The translations under genes and the position numbers were made by a program. Shown here one piece after another: positions 9,946 through 21,633 of a stretch of 32,000 nt of DNA (its first letter is position 1; every line of letters begins with the position of its first letter). The notes under the pieces are model-generated. The model saw only the letters and a program-made list of their open reading frames with translations, made no database searches and had not been told where the DNA came from. The DNA comes from Blochmannia endosymbiont of Camponotus modoc (GTDB lineage Bacteria > Pseudomonadota > Gammaproteobacteria > Enterobacterales > Enterobacteriaceae), in contig NZ_CP097765.1 in assembly GCF_023585785.1 (NCBI RefSeq), forward strand, positions 510,001 through 542,000, read 5' to 3'.

Positions 9946-10542
9946 ATGAATATTTCATGTCATATACATATATCACATATATTATTAATTTTATTCGCTA
10001 TATTGACGTTGCAATCTTGTTGTTCAGGTATGTTAGCTATTGGAACTGCTGCATTTATAACTACAACATGGAATGATCCTCGTACTATAGGCACTCAATT
10101 AGATGATAATATCTTAGAAAATCATATTGCTCATGCTCTTAAAAAAAACAAACATATTAAAAAATCAACAAGAATAAAAACCACTGTATACCAAGGCAAT
10201 GTGTTATTGACTGGACAAACTCCTTCTATGTCTTACGCTAAAGAAGCTATAAAAATAGTAATAAAAATTAATGGGACAAAAAATATTTATAATGCAATTC
10301 GTCAAGATAAACCAATATGCATACAATCTATTCTTACAGATGCTTGGATTAGCGCTCAAATACACTTAATTTTTTTTATAAAAAACGATATACATGCTTC
10401 CAATATTAAAATAATTACAGAAAACAAAGAAGTATTTCTTTTGGGACAAGTTACTCATGAAGAAAGTAAATACGCTGAAAAAATAGCACATGCAATAGAC
10501 GGAGTAAAAAATGTATTTACCGCTTTTTCCTATACTACTTAA
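9946..10542 (+). CDS. dolP: Outer-membrane lipoprotein DolP (YraP), dual BON domain
   Basis: ...LTLQSCCSG (lipobox) ..WNDPRTIGTQLDDNILENHI...TTVYQGNVLLTGQTPS...TDAWISAQIH...NIKIITENKEVFLLGQVTHEE...GVKNVFTAFSY aligns with E. coli YraP (DPRSVGTQVDDGTLEVRV..VTAYQGKVLLVGQSP..NDTWITTKVR..NVKVTTENGEVFLMGLVT..GVKRVTTAFTF). ATG is at 9946, with an alternative at 9928. Confidence 0.85.
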   Translation: MNISCHIHISHILLILFAILTLQSCCSGMLAIGTAAFITTTWNDPRTIGTQLDDNILENHIAHALKKNKHIKKSTRIKTTVYQGNVLLTGQTPSMSYAKEAIKIVIKINGTKNIYNAIRQDKPICIQSILTDAWISAQIHLIFFIKNDIHASNIKIITENKEVFLLGQVTHEESKYAEKIAHAIDGVKNVFTAFSYTT

Positions 10543-11997
10543 AATTTAGCGTAATTATAAGATCGTACATTATGCTATCTACTATCACATCCTTTAAAAC
10601 TTTTTACATAAGTCTACATGTAAACAATGCCTACAAATATTATATAAAAATATTTACTCTTATGATATTTATTATTAGGAATTAATTTTAATACCTAATT
10701 TTTTAGCCATCTTTTAATTTATTCCCATTCAATACTACATATAAAAATAACATTTTAATTTCTACTATATTTAATAACGGCTATTGTTCGCTAAGACTCA
10801 GAGGTAAAACTATAAAACAACTGTAATTGAAGAACATACTACACACAAAAAAATTAAATAACACACTTAATTTACATATTTATAAGTTTGCTTTATTTTA
10901 AATACACTTACAAATATACAACACAACGATACTCTTATCGATAAACTTCAAATTTTTTGAATTTTATATTATGTTTTCATTTACACCCATAATCAATTCT
11001 TGAGAATCCATTTCACAAATCCAATAAAATATCTAATCTACAAAAATAATGTCCTTGTGGAATAAGAATACACTTATTAAATTTATTAAACTAATGATAG
11101 TTAAAATGATACACCATGAATAAACTCTCACTGACTAAATACCAATTAATACAACAATTACATACAACTACTATTATATATAATCAACGGTAACAAATAC
11201 ATAAATTCATATTAAATGAATAAAATTCGTCTAATTAATTAAATAAAAATTAACAATAACATTAAAAATTTTAATAATCTCACCCTATGCATCAATTCAA
11301 ATAATATATAAACGATATTGTTGGGACTTCTCCATAAATTATGTAAATCACATCGTTTGTGATAAGAATGTGTTTTCTCCTTGCATTTAAATTAAACTAA
11401 TTCTAATTTTCACTAAAAAATATCGTATATTGTCATATCAAAAATAATTTTCATCTATATGAACAGAACAATAGTGACTTCTTGTTGTATCAAGTAAAAT
11501 TACATGATTACCATGTAACCACTATTAAAACGAAATCCATTGTAAATTACAATAATATACCCAAATAACAAAAATCTCATATAAAACAACAATTATAATC
11601 ATAATAAAGGATTGTATTCTCCTGTGATAAACATATCCTTATTACTAATCATTTAACATTATTCTCAAATAAACATCAAAAAATATAATATCCGAGATTG
11701 AATATTATGCCTATCTTTAAATTTGACTTACAATATTGAAAATAATGAATAAAAAATAAAATTAGATTGCTAATCTTCTCTAAGAAATACATATCTACCA
11801 ATTGTAATCAATACTTGTTCAATACACTTAAATTTTGATATAACGCAATAAAAATATAATGTCTTCAATTGAATCATCAACCGCACTTGTAGATTAATTA
11901 TATCTAATGTTCATTAAAATTTTTTATTCTTGATAATAATTTTATACATAATTATTGATCTAATACCAACTAATACATATGTTATATAAAAAAAATA

Positions 11998-12396
11998 TTA
12001 ACGCTTAGAAAACTGAGGACGCCTTCGTGCTTTACGTAAACCCACCTTTTTTCTTTCTACTTCTCTAGAGTCCCTAGTAACTAACCCAACTGATCGCAAT
12101 ACACCCCGTAATTTCTCATCGTACTGCAATAATGCACGTGTCATTCCATGACATATCGCGCCAGCCTGACCAGATATACCTCCTCCTTTTACAGTAATAT
12201 ATATATCTAATTTATCTAATAAATTAGTAATTTGCAAAGGCCTAATAATGGTTGCCTGTGTATTGTTTCTAGGAAAATATTGATCTAATGTACGTTTATT
12301 TATAATAACTCTTCCATTGCTTATCCCAAATTTAATAAACACTCGAGCAGAAGAAGTTTTTCTGCGTCCAGTACCATAATATTGATTTAAATTCAT
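11998..12396 (-). CDS. rpsI: 30S ribosomal protein S9
   Basis: [22 protein letters not shown]...[23 protein letters not shown]...[20 protein letters not shown] is a near-identical alignment to E. coli S9. Confidence 0.97.
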   Translation of the reverse strand: MNLNQYYGTGRRKTSSARVFIKFGISNGRVIINKRTLDQYFPRNNTQATIIRPLQITNLLDKLDIYITVKGGGISGQAGAICHGMTRALLQYDEKLRGVLRSVGLVTRDSREVERKKVGLRKARRRPQFSKR

Positions 12397-12423
12397 ACTT
12401 TATTTTCCATCTTTTTTTCTTCA

Positions 12424-12852
12424 TTAACAATCTATAAATTGAGGTTCTTGAGCAGCATGCGCATGTACATTTCCTGAATACACTCTAAGTCTACAATACA
12501 TCATCCGACCTAAGGGACCTTTAGGTAACATACCCTTTACTGCAATTTCAATCACCTTTTCAGGATATCTATTTATCATACTTTTAAAATTTAATTGCTT
12601 AATACCTCCAATATATCCAGTATGATGATAATATATTTTATCATCACGTTTATGACCACTTACAGATACCTCTTTTGCATTTAAAACAATAACATAATCT
12701 CCAATGTCGACATGAGGAGTATATTCTATTTTATGCTTACCAATTAAATATCTAGAAATCGCGGTAGATAAACGACCAAGTATTTTATTCTTAGCATCAA
12801 TAATATGCCATGCTCTCCTAATTACATGTGATTTTGCCATAAAAGTTTTCAT
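12424..12852 (-). CDS. rplM: 50S ribosomal protein L13
   Basis: [28 protein letters not shown]...[17 protein letters not shown]...[17 protein letters not shown] matches E. coli L13 over the full 142 aa. The rplM-rpsI operon order is conserved. Confidence 0.97.
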   Translation of the reverse strand: MKTFMAKSHVIRRAWHIIDAKNKILGRLSTAISRYLIGKHKIEYTPHVDIGDYVIVLNAKEVSVSGHKRDDKIYYHHTGYIGGIKQLNFKSMINRYPEKVIEIAVKGMLPKGPLGRMMYCRLRVYSGNVHAHAAQEPQFIDC

Positions 12853-13380
12853 AAAGATAAATCCAACTCAATATAAAAATTCAATCATATCAACTAAATA
12901 TGAAGTAATTAATAAATATAAAAATAAGATACCTGATTGATATAGGGCTCGCGTACTGCTATTAAAACCAAATTTCTCTAACATCTTCGAATCTAAAATA
13001 AGTATACGTTAGTATTTACTTCATACAATATTCTTAGTCTATAGTACATATATATCAATTAAAACAAATAATTGATATAGTTAAGCAACAGTTTAACATT
13101 ATTTCATTTTTAAAATTATTCAAATATTTATTTTAAAAAATATTACTAAAACCTCTATCTATTTACTTATCTCATAGCATTCTATACGAATACTTATTGA
13201 TAAAGAAAATTAAGTAGAATAAAATTATACTGAACAATGTACATATTAGCTAATCAAGGATTGGATACTTACTACTTGAATTATTATAGTATAACATATG
13301 AACATATGCAAAAAATTATATATCAATCAGTTAACATACAAAAATGAACACATAAATAAAATAAATTTAGGAGTATTATC

Positions 13381-13779
13381 ATGATATGGATATGTATATT
13401 CGCAAGCTTAATAATTGGAATTATTATAGGAGCATTTATAATGTATTATAAAGCACGCTATTTATTACATGATCAAAAAAAATTATATAACGAATTACAA
13501 GATAAAAAAGTTAAACTAAATGAATACCAAAAAGAATTAAGTAATCACTTTATTTACACTATAAAATTATTAAATAAAATAGAAGATGATTACCGTCAAT
13601 TATATCATAATGTCAAAAGAAGCGCTAATTTTTTTTTACCAAATACACATATACAAGATAACATACACGAATTTAATACAAAAAAAACAATCATAAAACA
13701 CGAACAATTACCAATAGAAGCACCGTTAGATTATTCCAGTAATACGGAAAATACAATAAAAAATCATGATAATGAATAA
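13381..13779 (+). CDS. yhcB: Inner-membrane cell-division/envelope protein YhcB (ZapG)
   Basis: It has an N-terminal TM helix IIGIIIGAF, followed by LNEYQKELSNHF....DDYRQLYHNV. This aligns with E. coli YhcB (VVGIIIGAV...LDEYREELVSHF...HDYRQLYQHM). AGGAG at 13369-13373 lies 7 nt before the ATG. Confidence 0.85.
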   Translation: MIWICIFASLIIGIIIGAFIMYYKARYLLHDQKKLYNELQDKKVKLNEYQKELSNHFIYTIKLLNKIEDDYRQLYHNVKRSANFFLPNTHIQDNIHEFNTKKTIIKHEQLPIEAPLDYSSNTENTIKNHDNE

Positions 13780-13826
13780 TAATATAAGGAAACTTTTATT
13801 AATTTATATAAATTATTCGACGTCTT

Positions 13827-13848
13827 ATTATACTATGCATAGTATAAT
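13827..13848. repeat. Perfect 22-bp palindrome between yhcB and degQ (possible yhcB terminator stem or degQ operator)
   Basis: ATTATACTATG|CATAGTATAAT. All 11 pairs were checked; the mismatch is at 13826/13849. It lies 48 nt after the yhcB stop and about 160 nt before the degQ ATG. Confidence 0.8.
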
Positions 13849-14009
13849 GATGTGTAATATAGGCAATTTATCTGCCTAAATCTGTTGTGGACATTAAAAG
13901 TTACCAAAAAATAAAATAGAAATTTGAATTTTAGTCATTAAGACTTTATGAACAATTTTTAAAACAATATTATTCTTGATTACAATATAACTAATTAAAT
14001 TAATTACCT

Positions 14010-15383
14010 ATGAAGATAACACATTTCCTAAAAATATTAAGTATATTATTCACATTGGGAATCTCATATGCTGAATCTTCTATAAATCATACAACATTTT
14101 CTACAGAAATGTCGGGACTCTTACCGAGTTTAGCGCCCATGTTGGATACAGTACTGCCAGCAGTAGTAAGTGTGCATGTTGAAGGTATTCAACCTGCGAG
14201 AAGACTTACATTGCCTAAAGAATTTAAATATTTTTTTGGACCAGATATCCCTGGAGGAAATTTTGGATCTAGACCATTCGAAGGACTAGGATCAGGAGTG
14301 ATTATTAACGCTAACAAAGGCTACATTATTACCAACAACCATGTTGTCAATGGTGCAGATAAAATTAAAATACAACTTAACGATGGTCGCGAATTTAACG
14401 CTAAACTGGTAGGACATGATGAACAAACTGACTTAGCATTACTTCAATTATTAAAATTTAAAAATCTCTCTGAAATAAAAATGGCTGATTCTGATATTTT
14501 AAAAGTTGGTGATTTTGCTGTTGCGATTGGCAATCCTTTTGGATTAGGTCAAACAGCAACTTCTGGTATTATATCAGCATTAGGAAGAAGTGGTTTAAAC
14601 CTTGAAGGATTAGAAAATTTCATACAAACTGATGCCTCCATAAATAGAGGAAATTCTGGAGGGGCTCTAGTAAACTTACATGGAGAATTAATTGGGATTA
14701 ATACTGCTATTTTAGCGCCTGGAGGAGGAAATATTGGCATCGGTTTTGCTATTCCTAGCAACATTGTGAAAAATTTAAGCCAACAATTAATTGAATTTGG
14801 AGAAGTAAAACGAGGTCAATTAGGAATAAAAGGCACAGAATTAACCGCTGATATCGCTAAAGCACTCAATATCGATGCGCAGCGCGGTGCATTTGTTAGC
14901 GAGGTGCTACCGGGTACCGCAGCCGCTAAAGCAAATATTAAAGCGGGGGATATTATCGTATCCATAGAAGGAAAACCAATAAAAAATTTTGCAGAATTAA
15001 GGGTGAAAATTGGTACTACTACTCCAGGTAAAAGTATAAAACTAGGATTATTACGAGATGGGAAAATACAAACAGTATCAGTTCTATTAGATGATAGCAC
15101 CTCTGTGAGTACCAGTGAAGAAATGTTAACCCCAGCATTACAAGGAGCTTCTCTAAGTAATGGATATTTAAAAGATGGAACAAAAGGAGTGCAGGTTGAA
15201 GACGTAGTAAAAGATTCTCCAGCTTACTCTATTGGCCTACAAAAAGGCGATATAATTGTCGGGCTAAATCGTACGAAAGTGCACAATTTATCTCAATTAC
15301 GTAAAATTTTAAACGAAAAACCATCAGTTATAGCACTTAATATTATGCGTGGAGATACAAACATATTCTTACTACTTCGTTGA
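14010..15383 (+). CDS. degQ: Periplasmic serine endoprotease of the DegP/DegQ (HtrA) family, closest to DegQ
   Basis: The 457-aa product has a signal peptide and the motifs LPSLAPMLDTVLPAVVSV, GLGSGVIINANKGYIITNNHV, DLALLQ and GNSGGAL, plus two PDZ regions. It is colinear and highly similar to E. coli DegQ (455 aa from memory). The yhcB-degQ adjacency matches E. coli. Confidence 0.9.
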   Translation: MKITHFLKILSILFTLGISYAESSINHTTFSTEMSGLLPSLAPMLDTVLPAVVSVHVEGIQPARRLTLPKEFKYFFGPDIPGGNFGSRPFEGLGSGVIINANKGYIITNNHVVNGADKIKIQLNDGREFNAKLVGHDEQTDLALLQLLKFKNLSEIKMADSDILKVGDFAVAIGNPFGLGQTATSGIISALGRSGLNLEGLENFIQTDASINRGNSGGALVNLHGELIGINTAILAPGGGNIGIGFAIPSNIVKNLSQQLIEFGEVKRGQLGIKGTELTADIAKALNIDAQRGAFVSEVLPGTAAAKANIKAGDIIVSIEGKPIKNFAELRVKIGTTTPGKSIKLGLLRDGKIQTVSVLLDDSTSVSTSEEMLTPALQGASLSNGYLKDGTKGVQVEDVVKDSPAYSIGLQKGDIIVGLNRTKVHNLSQLRKILNEKPSVIALNIMRGDTNIFLLLR

Positions 15384-15644
15384 TTTTTACTCTGTTTTAA
15401 ACAACGACACAGCTAAAAAATGGTATTAAACTCATACTTCATAAAATCATATCAATTACAATTGATATTTCAACGCATTAAAAATTAAATATCATAAATA
15501 TATGAATAATTTTAATTAATATTTTAAAAACTATCATAAATCATGTTTTTAATACATATTAAAATAAATTGTGATTATTCGGTACACTTAATTAACTCAG
15601 AAATATATCTTCTAAGAATATCACTGAAAATCATCGAAATAAAA

Positions 15645-15666
15645 ATTGTTACAGACTGATAACAAT
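15645..15666 (-). terminator. Candidate intrinsic terminator directly after the murA stop (convergent with degQ)
   Basis: The minus strand reads ATTGTTA-tcagtctg-TAACAAT followed by TTTTATTT. The stem is 7 bp (15645-15651 / 15660-15666). The murA stop is at 15668-15670. The stem is weak and AT-rich. Confidence 0.35.
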
Positions 15667-15667
15667 A

Positions 15668-16936
<1,269 letters not shown>

Positions 16937-16981
16937 CTAATATCAATTATTATAATTAATTCATATTAATTAAAAACTACT

Positions 16982-17251
16982 TCATACATCGCATAATCCA
17001 CGCTTTTTATTCCATTCTTTAGGATTAAATGCTTGAATAGATATTGAATGAATTTCATTATTTAATATATACTTCATAAGAGGAGCATATATAATTTTAT
17101 GCCGTTCTAATTCAGTCATACCATCAGAAAAAATATGACTTACAGCAATAATTTGATAATTATCCTCATACAAAGAGACATATGCTTCATTTAATGATAA
17201 ATCTTTTAATAAAATACTTTTAATCTCATCCACGTTCATAATTTTCACCAT
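16982..17251 (-). CDS. ibaG: BolA-family acid-stress protein IbaG (YrbA)
   Basis: NVDEIKSILLKDLSLNEAYVS..YQIIAVSHIFSDGMTELERHKIIYAPLMKYILNNEIHSISIQAFNPKEW aligns with E. coli IbaG ([73 protein letters not shown]). It lies immediately upstream of murA, as in E. coli. An alternative ATG is at 17239. Confidence 0.85.
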   Translation of the reverse strand: MVKIMNVDEIKSILLKDLSLNEAYVSLYEDNYQIIAVSHIFSDGMTELERHKIIYAPLMKYILNNEIHSISIQAFNPKEWNKKRGLCDV

Positions 17252-19758
17252 TTGAATAATTATAATAACAGAGAAACGCAGAATTATGTTCTCATATCTT
17301 TATGCCATACAATTATTATTTTACTGTTATTTTTATTTCAAAATATCAATCATTTATATTGCATTATGCATTTAAACAATGAATTATTTAAACTAAAATA
17401 ACTAATATAACTTAATTAATTGTTGTTTTCATTTTTCTAAGAAATAAATTACAATATAAAATATTCAAAAAATAACCAAAAAATATCAATAATTTCCGTT
17501 ATTAAATAGAATATTTTCTATATAATTATTATATATATCATAAATATGAAAAACTCTATATTTCTAAAAAATAGAAATATACGATAATATCCTTCCAACT
17601 ATAAATAAAAAAGATTATATATCTCATTCCTGAAATATCAGTATTTGATGCTACAATATTTATCTAAATATGAAAAATAAATAAGATCTAATTTTTTATT
17701 TTTTAGCATAAATACTATAAATAACCATTCTTTTTAAGATATATATATATTATTATATCTATCGGCTATAATGTTCTATACTGAAAAGATTTTATTTTAA
17801 TTGTTAATTCAAGCATAATAACATACCTCAAAAAACATATACTTAAATATATCAAAATTAATTGTAATCTTTTTTAATCAGTACAATTATATTCATGTAC
17901 AATAAAAATAAAAATTGATTAATTATATAATCTATTATATAATTAGTTAGTGTAGAAGTATCAACCCTCTTAAATAGAGAAACATTAATAATCAGCAGCA
18001 TCTATACAAACTTAAGAAATTATTTTTTATTTATTATAAAAATATGAGGTCTATTCTATTTGTAACTGCCTAATATAAATACACGTATTCTTATGATTTC
18101 AATACTAAAACTTAAAAAATAATAAAAAATAATAATTGATATTATTTACTATTGTAATGCATATAACTTTAATGTATATATCAATTATAATTTAATGCAC
18201 ACTAACATCAGGGGTCACTAATTTAAACTTAATGTCAACTATATCTTATCACTTTTAACAATACAACAATATTCATATATTAATGCTAAAATCACAAATC
18301 AATTCACTAAACATCAAATAAATAGCACTTTGCTTATATTTTTAAATACACTACATACGATCAATCAACAACTATAATTAATAATTTTCCACACTATCTA
18401 TCATGGATAGATAATATCTTTACCCATTTTAGAGTATGCATATTTTTAATTATTAATATCATCAAAAATAATAATAATTTAACAAAAATTTTAATAATTC
18501 TTAATCATCACTATCGATCAACAAATAATATTAGATAATCTAATTACTAACATAAAGGTAATTTTTATACTATAGTTAAATATCCTTAAATGAAAATTTT
18601 CTTAAAAAATTCAAATACCTTCCAATTTTCAATTTTTAACTTATTAAAGATCAAATTCTTTTTTAATTTTTAAAAATAAAAAAATAATAATTTTTATTTA
18701 AATACACTTTAAAATAAATACTTATTTTCAACAAATCACATCACGCTTACATCTCTATTTATAATGCACCTGTCAATCATTCCATCTATTATTAACAATC
18801 CATTATTTTTATTATTTATACTCTACATTCTAACTATACAATCATCATAAATAATAATTTAATTTTAAAAATAATATTTTTTATAAAAACAAAAATTAAA
18901 ATATACACATCCACTTAATGTAATAAGTTATAATATATAACTTATTTAATATTTTTACTGAAATGTCAAAAATTTATTAAGTGATCATAGGTACTCATCT
19001 ACCACATTAATGAATAAATAACAACAAACCTTTCGATATAAATAATCATTAAGAATGATAATAAATATATCTTATATAAAGATTATATATTCGTATGTTT
19101 TTAATGGGATAATACTCTTGATTAATCCATATTTTCACCTAAAAATAATTATTATTATGACACAAGTTATTTTTCTATTATATGCATAATACTTCATTAA
19201 AAATATGTATCAAAAAATTGAAATCTATTTTCTATGTATAAATAATATATGATATGAATTATGACTTTCATTAATAAATCTATTTAAAAATAAATTTATA
19301 GTAATGTGTGTTATTTACATTAAAATTCATTAATTGACTAGCAATGGTTTACATTGAATATATTCATACATAATGAATATATTTGCACAACTTAGCAATG
19401 ATACTTAACATGCGCGATCTTGTTATAGATGAAGACTTGAAAATACACAATGTCCCTCAGATATGCATATCACGGAAAAAATTATACAATGCTATATGCC
19501 GGCAATATTAATACGCAGTATTAACAACTGTATTTATAATTTATATCTTAATACAATTTTCTTATGCATTATCTTGTAAAAGATAATCTAAAAATATTTA
19601 ATATTATATATCTTAAATATCTGGTTATTTTAATATGTATTTCATGCAAAAAAAAGTTAAAACTAACAATCGTAACAATAATATTAAATCATAACCATCT
19701 CTTCAAAAATATCTTTTGTCGTCTAAAAATAAAAAATATTACATTACAATCATTAAAT

Positions 19759-20376
19759 ATGAAATCTCACATAATGTTTTATGTCTCAAAATCACTGAAA
19801 AAAAATAAAAAATACACTTTTATTTCAATTTTATTAATATTGATAATAATCTTTCTATCTTTTATTATAAAAAAATCATTAATCATGTTTAATACATCAT
19901 CACACCCATTAATTCAGCATGATATATGCACTCATCGAGGTAACGATGTAACAATTAACGTATACAGTAAAACTGGACAACTTAAATTTAAATTGACAGC
20001 GCACTGCATTCAACATTTTTCAAATCAAAAAATTACTTGGTTTATATGTCCTAGCATTACAGCTTTTGACAACAAAAACATCCCAAAGTGGAAAATTATA
20101 GCAAATCAAGCCAAACTAAGTTACGAAAAAATACTGCACCTATACGGATATGTATATATCAATCATTTAATACATGATGGATACTTTCAATCCATTATTA
20201 CAAACCAAGCGACAATTAACTTAATAACTCAAGATATTATTTCGAACGAAAAAGTAATTATACATGGTCATTATTTTTATTCTGTTGGGATGAAAATGCA
20301 TGCCAATTTACATACACAAACAGCAAAATTAATTGATAGCGTACAAACTTGTTATGAAATCCAACACATACGGTAA
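19759..20376 (+). CDS. lptC: LPS export system protein LptC
   Basis: It has an N-terminal TM helix (ISILLILIIIFLSFII). This is followed by ..YSKTGQLKFKLTAHCIQHFSNQKITWFICPSITAFDNKNIPKWKIIANQAKLSYEKILHLYGYVYIN...ATINLITQDIISNEKV...GMKMHANLHTQTAKLIDSVQTCYEI. The alignment partner is E. coli LptC (YNPEGALSYRLIAQHVEYYSDQAVSWFTQPVLTTFDKDKIPTWSVKADKAKLTNDRMLYLYGHVEVN). The ORF is open from 19564, but the extra 65 codons are low-complexity with no counterpart in LptC. Confidence 0.85.
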   Translation: MKSHIMFYVSKSLKKNKKYTFISILLILIIIFLSFIIKKSLIMFNTSSHPLIQHDICTHRGNDVTINVYSKTGQLKFKLTAHCIQHFSNQKITWFICPSITAFDNKNIPKWKIIANQAKLSYEKILHLYGYVYINHLIHDGYFQSIITNQATINLITQDIISNEKVIIHGHYFYSVGMKMHANLHTQTAKLIDSVQTCYEIQHIR

Positions 20377-20863
20377 ATACAAAATAATACTTACTTACAT
20401 TAGTATATTTTTAATATTTCCATGCTCTCATGCTTTAACACATAAAAAATCACAAATACTTCAAGTATATTCTGAATGTCAATCAATTAATATGTTGACT
20501 AATACAATAACTTTTACAGATCGAGTTATACTTAAATATAAAAATATTGATCTTTATGCAGATAAGATATTAATCTCTCATACAGAAGATACACATCATC
20601 TTTCCATGATAGAAGCACACGGAAATCCTGTTACTTTAAATCAAACACAAAAAATGGGGAATGTGATGTTTGCTCAATCATCGATAATACATTACAATAC
20701 CAGCGATGACACTATTACTCTGATTGGTAATGCTTATATAAAACAATCAGGAAATTCTATACACAGTGATAAGATCATATATTCAATAAAAAACAAACAA
20801 ATAAAAGCCATTGCCAACCAAGGAAATAAAGTTATAACAATTTTATCAGAAAAATCCATCTAA
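20354..20863 (+). CDS. lptA: LPS export periplasmic bridge protein LptA
   Basis: It has a signal peptide (ILTYISIFLIFPCSHA). This is followed by ..ITFTDRVILKYKNIDLYADKILIS...IEAHGNPVTLNQ...ITLIGNAYIKQSGNSIHSDKIIYSIKNKQIKA, which aligns with E. coli LptA (VTFTGNVIVTQGTIKINADKVVVT...VVLTGNAYLQQVDSNIKGDKITYLVKEQKMQA). The ATG at 20354 overlaps the lptC 3' end by 23 nt. Confidence 0.85.
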   Translation: MKSNTYGKYKIILTYISIFLIFPCSHALTHKKSQILQVYSECQSINMLTNTITFTDRVILKYKNIDLYADKILISHTEDTHHLSMIEAHGNPVTLNQTQKMGNVMFAQSSIIHYNTSDDTITLIGNAYIKQSGNSIHSDKIIYSIKNKQIKAIANQGNKVITILSEKSI

Positions 20864-20907
20864 AATATATTTAACACACACTATATAATTAGTTATAGTT
20901 TAATTTC

Positions 20908-21633
20908 ATGACAACACTGACTATAAAAAATCTATCTAAAATTTATAAGGGACGGTATGTAGTTAAAAATATAAGCTTATACATAACTTCTGGAGAAATT
21001 GTTGGATTATTAGGCCCAAATGGATCGGGAAAAACCACAACATTTTATATGATATTAGGAATTGTTCAACACAATTCTGGTAGTATTTCAATTGATGAAA
21101 AAGATATTAGCATGTTACCAATCTACCGTAGAGCTCGATTAGGAATAGGCTATTTACCTCAAGAAAGCTCGATTTTTCGTCGATTAACTGTATTTGACAA
21201 TTTAATGGCTATATTGCAAACTCAACGTAATCTTAATACAAAAAAACGTAATAAACTTATTATAGAATTGATGAATAATTTTCATATCAGTCATTTAAAA
21301 AATAATATTGGACAGACGTTGTCTGGAGGAGAACGAAAACGTGTAGAAATTGCACGAGCATTGGCTGCTAATCCTAAATTTATATTGCTTGACGAGCCAT
21401 TTTCTGGAGTAGATCCAATTTCAATAACAGATATACAAAAAATTATTAAACAACTTAAAGCCCGAAAACTTGGAATACTAATAACCGATCATAATGTAAG
21501 AGAAACATTGCGTATATGTGAGCGAGCATATATAGTTAACCAAGGAAAATCAATTGCACATGGATCTCCTAATGAAATATTGAATAATAAGCACGTACAA
21601 CAAGTATACTTAGGAGATATATTTAAGCCATAA
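20908..21633 (+). CDS. lptB: LPS export ABC transporter ATP-binding protein LptB
   Basis: The 241-aa product carries [62 protein letters not shown] and [10 protein letters not shown]. It is the same length as, and colinear with, E. coli LptB. Confidence 0.95.
   Translation: MTTLTIKNLSKIYKGRYVVKNISLYITSGEIVGLLGPNGSGKTTTFYMILGIVQHNSGSISIDEKDISMLPIYRRARLGIGYLPQESSIFRRLTVFDNLMAILQTQRNLNTKKRNKLIIELMNNFHISHLKNNIGQTLSGGERKRVEIARALAANPKFILLDEPFSGVDPISITDIQKIIKQLKARKLGILITDHNVRETLRICERAYIVNQGKSIAHGSPNEILNNKHVQQVYLGDIFKP

Noticed and set aside
12940-12965. GC-richer patch (GGGCTCGCGTACTGC) upstream of rplM as a possible L13 autoregulatory leader element
   Set aside because: I cannot derive a convincing conserved secondary structure by eye, and I do not remember the E. 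coli leader sequence well enough to compare. It is not supportable without a covariance or alignment search.
14549-15100. Antisense ORFs 14549..14764 and 14816..15100 within degQ
   Set aside because: They are antisense to the best-conserved part of DegQ (catalytic Ser region and PDZ1), and their Pro/Ala/Ile-rich translations have no homology. The same reasoning applies to 15975..16274 (antisense murA), 26592..26831 (antisense lptG), 29088..29282 (antisense pepA), 30404..30589 and 31726..31926 (antisense holC/valS), and 28275..28532 (antisense pepA 5' end).
19564-19758. 65-codon N-terminal extension of the lptC ORF (ATG at 19564)
   Set aside because: The extension is Lys/Ile/Asn/Leu low-complexity sequence with no counterpart in LptC. 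The ATG at 19759 places the single TM anchor at the normal distance from the N-terminus.
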